IMG/VR virus record: IMGVR_UViG_3300023223_000599
Span: 1-64,000 of that record
From: a virus
DNA: 64,000 nt
Direction: 5' to 3' (one strand)
The notes under the pieces were generated by a model. That model saw only the letters and a list, made by a program, of their open reading frames with translations, was not told the origin of the DNA and did no database searches. Of this stretch, positions 33,174 to 39,966 are shown piece by piece. Each line of letters opens with the position of its first letter. Position 1 is the stretch's first letter. The position numbers and the translations under genes were made by a program.

Positions 33174-33201
33174 AAAAAAAGCCCAACTTTATAAGTCGGG
33201 C
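33174..33201 (-). terminator. rho-independent terminator
   Basis: Coding strand reads GCCCGAC-TTATAAA-GTTGGGC, a 7-bp stem including one G-U pair, followed by seven T. It lies 35 nt after the stop at 33236. Confidence 0.75.
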
Positions 33202-33235
33202 TCTTAGATTTGATCAATTGAGGCAGTTGGGCACC

Positions 33236-33691
33236 CTAGCCTGTGTCTTTTTTCTGTTCATCTTTCTGTACAGTTTCTTCTTTTCCCCGGTTAAGGAATT
33301 CTTGACACATTTCCCTTGAACGTTGTAGGCCATTGTGAACACTGTCCAAATTGTCATATGAAAGATTTAATATATTTAGAATATCATTTGGAGTAAAATC
33401 AAATTCACCAAATAGTTTTTGAAGATTCCCAATTTCAACAAGAATCTTTGCAGAGTGAACGCGCAAATCTTCAATCACATTCAACGAATCCTTGCAAAGA
33501 TTATTCATTTCATGAATTGGTTTGACCTTCAAATTATATGGTTTTCCATAAGAAAAAATTGATGAGAACATATCACCAAAATTATCCGATCCTTCACCTT
33601 CACGATGTAGAATTATTTCATCATCATCATGCTTGCCTTCGCACATCTTGAGAATGTTTTTCACGGTTAATGACTTTCCCTCACTCATCAT
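33236..33691 (-). CDS. hypothetical protein
   Basis: The track ORF is trimmed to ATG 33691 (MMSEGKSL...), overlapping the upstream stop. Confidence 0.55.
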   Translation of the reverse strand: MMSEGKSLTVKNILKMCEGKHDDDEIILHREGEGSDNFGDMFSSIFSYGKPYNLKVKPIHEMNNLCKDSLNVIEDLRVHSAKILVEIGNLQKLFGEFDFTPNDILNILNLSYDNLDSVHNGLQRSREMCQEFLNRGKEETVQKDEQKKDTG

Positions 33692-35180
33692 CAACACCGT
33701 TGAACTCATTGGTTTTCCAATAGGCCCAGATATGAGGAACGTCACCATTTTCAATTGCATCAATAACTGTTGCGGCCGCGTCTTCAGTAATCCCAAGAAT
33801 ATCATTCATTCCAGCAATCGCCGCCTTGCGCATGTCTGAAATCTTCAATGACAACTCGTTAGCCTTGGCTGTTTCATCTTCTTCTTTTTGTTTGGCGGCG
33901 GCTTCTTTTTCAATTGCGCCTTTGATTTTGGCGTCGAGAAGGGCAATGAGCTTTTTCTTTTCATTGTCGGCCCTGTCTTGAAAGTCTTCATCAACACTTG
34001 CTGAACAACCCTCAAAAATAATCTTTGCTTTTTTAAGAGCTTCAGAATCAAGATTGTCAACGGTTGACAATGATTGTCTCATCTCAAGAATGGCAGCTTC
34101 ATTCTTTTCTTTGCGACGATATTCTTCACGCTCTTTGGCTTGGTTCTTTTTGCGTTCGATTTCTTCGCTTTCTTCTTTCAGGCGTTTTGCTTCGGCTGCT
34201 TGTTTTTTTCGTGTTTCCTCTTGTTCAGCCTGTTGCTCTTCAACACGTTGTCTTCGGTTTTGATCTTCTTTGATATCATCAATACGCTGATTTAAGACGA
34301 TTTCAGCGGCGGCAATCATGTCAAAGACTTCTTGCTCAAATTCTTGAAAGTCAAGATCATTATATATTTTCTTTGCACTGTCTAAGCAAACACCAACAGC
34401 AACTTCATTGATTGCAATCTTGCCCTTGTTCAAAAACTCTTTAACTCTATCAATATTTCTTTTATGCATATCAAATCTGTTTGCCTCTTTTTCCTTCTTG
34501 GCATCTTCTTCAGCCTGTTTGGCTTTCTCAGCCTCGAACTTTTTTCGGTCTTCTTCAAGGCGCTTTGTTTCTTCTTCATTGGCAAGTGTCTGCTTATAAA
34601 GGTTTTCCATATTTTCAATGGTTCCTTGACGCTTGATCACTGCTTGATTTTTGAATTCTTGAAAAAACTCTTCATCAATAACGATTTCTTCAAGCGTTAC
34701 AATTATAGATTTTATTTGAACTGCTGATTTTCCTTGAGCCTCAATAAAGAATTGGCCGATATCTTCAATTTCATCAGTGATCTTTTTGACGCGGGTTGCT
34801 TCAGCAAGTTTCTTCTTCAGCTTTTCTTCTTCTTTGACATTGTCAAAGGTCTTCTTGACTTCTTTCAAGGGATCTTCAAGGCTGCGAATCTGGCCCGTTC
34901 TTTTATTGGCTTCATTGTTTACCGCATCAATATAATCACGGTGTAGTTTTGTCTTTTCTTTTTTGTGATTTTCAAGACCCGTTCTTAATCCGACTAATTT
35001 GCGAATGCCTAAACGGGCAAACTCATATTCTTCTTTATTTGACAAATCCAATGCTTCAGGATTTTTGAATTCTTCTGCAAGTTCAACCATGAATTTATCG
35101 GTCACATTGTTGATGATTATCTCGTTTGGGTCAATTACTTCGGGCAAACCTGCTTGTTCTGCCTGCTTTGTCTCGCTCAC
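33681..35180 (-). CDS. Lys/Glu-rich coiled-coil protein
   Basis: 499 aa. GTG start preceded by AAGAAAAGGAGAACTAA. The long KE-rich low-complexity core generates several shadow ORFs. Confidence 0.7.
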   Translation of the reverse strand: MSETKQAEQAGLPEVIDPNEIIINNVTDKFMVELAEEFKNPEALDLSNKEEYEFARLGIRKLVGLRTGLENHKKEKTKLHRDYIDAVNNEANKRTGQIRSLEDPLKEVKKTFDNVKEEEKLKKKLAEATRVKKITDEIEDIGQFFIEAQGKSAVQIKSIIVTLEEIVIDEEFFQEFKNQAVIKRQGTIENMENLYKQTLANEEETKRLEEDRKKFEAEKAKQAEEDAKKEKEANRFDMHKRNIDRVKEFLNKGKIAINEVAVGVCLDSAKKIYNDLDFQEFEQEVFDMIAAAEIVLNQRIDDIKEDQNRRQRVEEQQAEQEETRKKQAAEAKRLKEESEEIERKKNQAKEREEYRRKEKNEAAILEMRQSLSTVDNLDSEALKKAKIIFEGCSASVDEDFQDRADNEKKKLIALLDAKIKGAIEKEAAAKQKEEDETAKANELSLKISDMRKAAIAGMNDILGITEDAAATVIDAIENGDVPHIWAYWKTNEFNGVDDE

Positions 35181-35482
35181 TTAGTTCTCCTTTTCTTATC
35201 TTTACATTTACAAATATGATACTTTGAATGAGTTGTGCCACAATGAGGGCAATCTCTTAATTTTAAGCTCTGCATATGCTTCTTCCAATGACTTTCAAGG
35301 TTTTTTCGCCTCTTCTCTGGATCGGTTGAATCATAACTCAATTCAACAACCTTTGAAACTGATCACTTGTCAGCTTCGATAATTCAATGCCCAATGCATG
35401 ACCGCCAAAGAATGGTTCCCATTGAACCCTTGCCCCACCGTGGGCTTTCTGCAGCTTGAAGACGTTCTTAAGAATCTTCTTT

Positions 35483-35704
35483 TTAGAAAGTCGGAGCATG
35501 CGACCTCTGCTTTTCTGTGCTTTTCAAGGTCTTAATTTCAAACGCGAAACTTTCACCTGGAAATTGCCTTTGCATTGCGCTAGAAATCTCAATGGCTTCA
35601 TCATGATCTGATGAAAAATCAACATCGCAAACCATGCCAAGATTATGTGTTGTTATCTCATAAAAGAATCCAACGAATTTCTTTGGTCTGTTACTCTCAC
35701 TCAT
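35483..35704 (-). CDS. hypothetical protein
   Basis: 73 aa. Leader is CAGAAAAGGAGAACTATATG. Confidence 0.6.
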   Translation of the reverse strand: MSESNRPKKFVGFFYEITTHNLGMVCDVDFSSDHDEAIEISSAMQRQFPGESFAFEIKTLKSTEKQRSHAPTF

Positions 35705-35727
35705 ATAGTTCTCCTTTTCTGTTAAGT

Positions 35728-35756
35728 ATTATGCAACACCACTTAACAAAAGACAA
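35728..35756 (-). promoter_or_regulatory. sigma70-like promoter candidate
   Basis: Coding strand reads TTGTCT-(17 nt)-CATAAT in GTTGTCTTTTGTTAA, 14 nt after the helicase stop. Confidence 0.55.
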
Positions 35757-35769
35757 CAACAAACTTCAA

Positions 35770-37071
35770 TTACATCAAAATAATTCTAACATTCTTGGCG
35801 GCTCTGGTAATCCCAGTATATAGCCATTTCCACCTGTCTTTTTTAAAGACCGCGCTTTGATCAAAAAGGGCTACATGATCCCATTGAGAACCCTGAGACT
35901 TATGAACAGTCAAGGCATATCCATAATCAAACTCTTCAGCTTCTTTTTTCTCCCACCATTGAAGGTTTTTTTCCTTTCCTTCAAAATAATGCGTGTGAGT
36001 GATCAAGTGTTGAATATCAGTGCCAGATTCAGATTTTACCGTGATTCCAATCTTATCTTCAAGATTTACACGTGCTTCATCAAACGGATCAAAATCTTCA
36101 CCTTCCGGATTGTTGAGTTGGGCTATCTGCCCATCACTTAGAATGTCTTTGACAGTCCATAGGCCGCCATTTAAGAGCCCAAGCTCATGATTGTTGCGTA
36201 AACACACCAACTTGTCGTTTCTAATCGGCATTAGGCCCTCAAAGCCTTTTAAAGCTCGTATCCTTTTATTGGTGGCTGATCTAGTGGTATTCTTGCCCAC
36301 AAGGATCTGGTCAGCGGCCAAGGCTTCTTCAGGCTCAATCTTATTGACAACGAGGCATTCACCATAATTGCCCAAAGAAAGCGCTTCCTGGTTGCGCACC
36401 TTCGTTGCAAGGGCAATGATTGGGCTATCTTTAGCCTGTCTGTGAATCTGGGTCAACATAACATCGGGGGGCCCATTTTTGGCGGCTGTAAAGAAACCGG
36501 CACCACCCACCGGTGGCAACTGTGCAGGGTCGCCCAAGACAAGAACCTTTGTGCCGAATGAAAGAAGGTCTTCACCCATTTTCTCACCAACCATTGAACA
36601 TTCATCAATAATTATCAACGCTGCATGTTTGACTTCACTGTCTGGATTCAATTCAAATATTGGCCTTTTCATGTTGGCTTGTTCATCTTCGACTGTGAGG
36701 GTTAATTGTTGAACCTCCATGTCGTTTGCCAATGCATCATCGTCACAGCCTTGCAAAGACAATTCTGCTTTACGATTTGTCAATTCTTCTTGCGCTTTGT
36801 TAAGCTTGCGCTGACTTTTACCTTTAGGCAAATAAATCATTGAATGAATCGTGGTTGCATTGTTGCAACCCTTTGATTGCAAAACATATGCGGCTTTACC
36901 AGTGAAGGCCCCGAATAATACGGTTCCATTAACACCTTCGGCAAAATGCTTTGCTAGTGTGGTTTTACCTGTTCCAGCATAACCAAATAATTTGAATACT
37001 TGCTGATCACTTCTTGTGATCCAATCATTAACACGTTTTAACGCTCTCTCTTGCTCCGGTGGAAAATCCAT
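35770..37071 (-). CDS. SF1 DNA helicase, RecD/Dda/PIF1-like
   Basis: Motifs present: GYAGTGKTT (Walker A), LIIIDECSMV, LVLGDPAQLPPV, LTQIHRQ and YALTVHKSQGSQWD. Confidence 0.85.
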   Translation of the reverse strand: MDFPPEQERALKRVNDWITRSDQQVFKLFGYAGTGKTTLAKHFAEGVNGTVLFGAFTGKAAYVLQSKGCNNATTIHSMIYLPKGKSQRKLNKAQEELTNRKAELSLQGCDDDALANDMEVQQLTLTVEDEQANMKRPIFELNPDSEVKHAALIIIDECSMVGEKMGEDLLSFGTKVLVLGDPAQLPPVGGAGFFTAAKNGPPDVMLTQIHRQAKDSPIIALATKVRNQEALSLGNYGECLVVNKIEPEEALAADQILVGKNTTRSATNKRIRALKGFEGLMPIRNDKLVCLRNNHELGLLNGGLWTVKDILSDGQIAQLNNPEGEDFDPFDEARVNLEDKIGITVKSESGTDIQHLITHTHYFEGKEKNLQWWEKKEAEEFDYGYALTVHKSQGSQWDHVALFDQSAVFKKDRWKWLYTGITRAAKNVRIILM

Positions 37072-37100
37072 CTTTAATAGTTCTCTCTTTCTCTTTTAAT

Positions 37101-37124
37101 GGCTTAGCTCTCAAATTCTAAGCC
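37101..37124. other. perfect 7-bp hairpin spanning a stop codon
   Basis: GGCTTAG-(10 nt)-CTAAGCC. The T-rich run TTTTCTTTC follows it only on the plus strand, so it could block antisense transcription. Function is unclear. Confidence 0.3.
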
Positions 37125-37411
37125 TTTTCTTTCAGTTCATTAAAAACAGCAATTGCCAATTTTCCTTGAACGATTTCACAATTTTCATATTGCGCGTATG
37201 CTTCTGAATCATTACCGTGACCACAACAAGCGTTCATCACTCCGATAAGTTCGCCTAAACAAGCATCATGACCCTCGGGCGTGTTTGCCTTGTCACACTT
37301 TCCGCAAACTCTTGTTTTCCAAGTTTCAGAAACTTTTTCATTGTTGTCATAATAAAACCATTCGCCATTTATTTCTTTTATAGCATGGCCTTTTAGCATG
37401 TCTAATTTCAT
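37118..37411 (-). CDS. hypothetical Cys/His-containing protein
   Basis: 97 aa with CGKC...H.AC...CCGH. Confidence 0.6.
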   Translation of the reverse strand: MKLDMLKGHAIKEINGEWFYYDNNEKVSETWKTRVCGKCDKANTPEGHDACLGELIGVMNACCGHGNDSEAYAQYENCEIVQGKLAIAVFNELKEKA

Positions 37412-37572
37412 TATTCAGGCGCTTTGATATATTCAGGGTCAACGCCTTCCATTGTTGCCACGGCCAAAATCATTCCATTAGCCATACCACGCATGTATTC
37501 GTCATAATCATAATTGCCTTTTGAACATTGAATTTCTGTTAATTGTTTTAATATTTCAACTTTTGTTTCCAT
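37411..37572 (-). CDS. hypothetical protein (53 aa, below cutoff)
   Basis: ATG 37572 is preceded by TAGAAAAGGAAAATGTA, and its stop forms a TAATG overlap with the next gene. My translation: METKVEILKQLTEIQCSKGNYDYDEYMRG... Confidence 0.5.
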   Translation of the reverse strand: METKVEILKQLTEIQCSKGNYDYDEYMRGMANGMILAVATMEGVDPEYIKAPE

Positions 37573-37586
37573 TACATTTTCCTTTT

Positions 37587-37913
37587 CTAGACCTTTTCAT
37601 ATGTCATATCAAATATGTCAGGTTTGCAAGGATAATACTCACCCTTTACGCCTGTAATAATCCAATCACCCGCACAAACAATATGACCACCTTCTAATGT
37701 ATCGATCCAACCATGTAATCGCATTAAACCCCTGCAGATTGGACATGGAGCATTTGACGGAACGTCTGGATGATTGAATCGTCGAACAATTTTCCCTTCA
37801 CTCAAAAAATCATCAGCAACACCTTCGATCATTTCACAATCATCTTTTGGATGGTCCCCGTTTTGATGCCATTGCGTGGCATTAATAACAACTGGTTTTT
37901 TTCTATATTTCAT
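37587..37913 (-). CDS. hypothetical protein (KKPV.I.A.QW-type small phage protein)
   Basis: The track ORF is trimmed to ATG 37913 (MKYRKKPVVINATQWHQNGDHP...), because the upstream part of the ORF is the terminator hairpin. Confidence 0.6.
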   Translation of the reverse strand: MKYRKKPVVINATQWHQNGDHPKDDCEMIEGVADDFLSEGKIVRRFNHPDVPSNAPCPICRGLMRLHGWIDTLEGGHIVCAGDWIITGVKGEYYPCKPDIFDMTYEKV

Positions 37914-37931
37914 AATTACTTTCTTGAAAAT

Positions 37932-37961
37932 GAGGGAGACAGTCGGGCAACCGTCCCCCTC
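37932..37961 (-). terminator. candidate rho-independent terminator
   Basis: Coding strand reads GAGGGGGAC-(12 nt)-GTCTCCCTC, a 9-bp stem with one mismatch, then ATTTTC. It lies 35 nt after the stop at 37996. Confidence 0.5.
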
Positions 37962-37995
37962 TGTGGTGCTGAAACATCCCTGAGAGGGGATCTTT

Positions 37996-38958
37996 TTAGA
38001 ATGCAGGCTTTTCGCCAACCACTTCACCATTCATGGTTTCAGCGGCTTTCCTGGCCGCTTCACTATCTTCTTGAGCTTCTGAATCGCTCATGGCTGAATA
38101 GTTGACTGTAATTTTGCCTTCTTTAACAAGGTTGAAAAGCTGAAATCCAGCATCGGCAATTGCCTTTTCTTCTGGATTATTCAAATCAAAACGGCAATCT
38201 TTCCAATCTTTACCAAGGGGTGTCACCTTGATTTCATAGGAATCTTTACCCTTTTTGTTGGCTGTAAGCAATGTTTTCACATTTGCTTTGTAGATAAACA
38301 ATGCTGGATTTCTTGTTGCGGTCATCATGGATGTGTACCAATTTTTCCATGGTCGCAAATTCTTTGAACTGAGTTCAAAAACAGCATAGCCATCAACAGC
38401 CTTACATTCTTCATCAAGAATCAAGCAATACAAATACATTGATTCACTCAATTCATGCTTCCCACCGGCCACTGACATTTTTCCATAATGCTTTCCACCG
38501 TTAGCTTTGATTGCAGCCTTCACGAAATCACTTTCAGCTTTGTGAAGAGCCACAAAACTATTCACGCCCTTACAATCTTCATAAGGCACACGCTCAACAA
38601 AATATTGTTCGCGCTTACAAACAACAAGGTTCAAACCAGGGGCATCTTCACCACATGCGGGGATAGCAATTCCAGTTACGGAATTATAAATTCCACCTTT
38701 TGGCATTCCTTCCTCAACTTTTTTGCTCGCTGTGTCGAGAACATTGAGATAGGGCATAGAAAGCTCTTCAAGATTGGCACTTTCTGAGGCCGCGCCGTAA
38801 TTGCCATAATCATAATTGGCAACTGCTTCGCCGTTGTCTGAGGGTTTGGCAACACTTGTGCCAGTTTTGTCTTTAGCCACGATAGGCTCCTTTTTAAACA
38901 ATAGGCGCTGAAAGTTTATGTCATCATGCGCTTCTGACATCCCTATAACCAAGGGCAT
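37996..38958 (-). CDS. hypothetical protein; possible ssDNA-binding/annealing role (speculative)
   Basis: 320 aa in the helicase/recombination neighbourhood. It has an acidic C-terminal tail ending in an aromatic residue (SDSEAQEDSEAA...EKPAF). Confidence 0.6.
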   Translation of the reverse strand: MPLVIGMSEAHDDINFQRLLFKKEPIVAKDKTGTSVAKPSDNGEAVANYDYGNYGAASESANLEELSMPYLNVLDTASKKVEEGMPKGGIYNSVTGIAIPACGEDAPGLNLVVCKREQYFVERVPYEDCKGVNSFVALHKAESDFVKAAIKANGGKHYGKMSVAGGKHELSESMYLYCLILDEECKAVDGYAVFELSSKNLRPWKNWYTSMMTATRNPALFIYKANVKTLLTANKKGKDSYEIKVTPLGKDWKDCRFDLNNPEEKAIADAGFQLFNLVKEGKITVNYSAMSDSEAQEDSEAARKAAETMNGEVVGEKPAF

Positions 38959-38993
38959 GGTTCACCACGTTTGCCGGTGATCACAAATCTTTT

Positions 38994-39536
38994 CTATTTT
39001 AGCTTACAAGTTCTCTTTTTAGCAACGTTGAACTTGTCTTGAGGAACATCAACACCATCTTTCATCATGTTTGAAATACATGATGACAATGATGAATGGT
39101 GGACGCTTCTATCATGCTTGAATTCATGGCCACATTCTTCAAGATGCTTTGTTAGGTCGATACTGCCTTGTTTATCAAGGTTATCAACTTCAACAGTGAA
39201 TTTATTCTTAATTAACCTACCCTCACCATTCATTTCAAGCCATTTGAAAGCGGGATAAGGATTATCTTTTGGAACACTGGCAAAAATTCTTTCGTTAAGA
39301 TTGAATCGAATTTTTCCATCTTGAGATGAAAACACATCTTGGCCTGCTTCATCCATCAATCCGGGAAGCTCTTCCTCAATATTGAATTTCAAAGATGATT
39401 TGGCTTGGTCAAGCCTAAGTGTCAACATGGCCACTTCGGCCTTTAGGTCAACTTGTTCTTCTGCTGTTTTGATGATACGACTTACTAGGTCATCCGTTGG
39501 TTTTTCTTTATACGCTGAATAGTCGGGTTCCGACAT
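38994..39536 (-). CDS. hypothetical protein with N-terminal coiled coil
   Basis: 180 aa. Leader is TAGAAAAGGAGAACTAAATG. Confidence 0.65.
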   Translation of the reverse strand: MSEPDYSAYKEKPTDDLVSRIIKTAEEQVDLKAEVAMLTLRLDQAKSSLKFNIEEELPGLMDEAGQDVFSSQDGKIRFNLNERIFASVPKDNPYPAFKWLEMNGEGRLIKNKFTVEVDNLDKQGSIDLTKHLEECGHEFKHDRSVHHSSLSSCISNMMKDGVDVPQDKFNVAKKRTCKLK

Positions 39537-39558
39537 TTAGTTCTCCTTTTCTACTTTA

Positions 39559-39586
39559 ATTATCTTCAAGTGTTGTCTTATGTCAA
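39559..39586 (-). promoter_or_regulatory. sigma70-like promoter candidate
   Basis: Coding strand reads TTGACA-(16 nt)-GATAAT in TTGACATAAGACAAC. The -35 overlaps the TGA of the upstream gene. Confidence 0.5.
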
Positions 39587-39966
39587 GCCATCCTATTGAT
39601 TTCATTAAAAAGATCATTCACTTCAAGAGGAATATATTTTTGATCTTTTCCATGCCATTGTAGGGATTTTAGATTGCCTTCATTGTATTCTGCAGCGATT
39701 GCACCGGCCATTACAATAAAAAGAGGATTTCCGATAAATAAAATGTAGTCATTTGCCGAAAAGTATTTGAGCTTCTCATGTAACTCCCGCTTAATTGGCT
39801 TGCTGTCAAAGGGCTTTGCTGTTGGGCTCAACAAGAAAACGATTTCGCCGTATTCTTTAGCTGATGACAAATCGAAACGAGGAACAAATTTTCCCTGTTC
39901 TTTGTCGTATTTTGTTTGCTCTTGTACCACATAAACCGTCATTTTATATCCATTCTTTAAGCTCAT
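39583..39966 (-). CDS. hypothetical protein
   Basis: 127-aa ORF. An alternative ATG at 39942 lies 1 nt after the helicase stop. Confidence 0.55.
   Translation of the reverse strand: MSLKNGYKMTVYVVQEQTKYDKEQGKFVPRFDLSSAKEYGEIVFLLSPTAKPFDSKPIKRELHEKLKYFSANDYILFIGNPLFIVMAGAIAAEYNEGNLKSLQWHGKDQKYIPLEVNDLFNEINRMA

Noticed and set aside
33845-34946. Cluster of overlapping ORFs in several frames on both strands
   Set aside because: They are an artefact of the purine-rich GAA/AAG low-complexity coding sequence of the KE-rich 499-aa protein.
35181-35482. Chain of tiny ORFs (53, 23 and 32 aa, the last a CPHCG...HICKC peptide whose stop overlaps the GTG at 35180)
   Set aside because: They are plausible from the coupling pattern but individually unsupported, with weak or no Shine-Dalgarno. 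They are left unannotated pending expression data.
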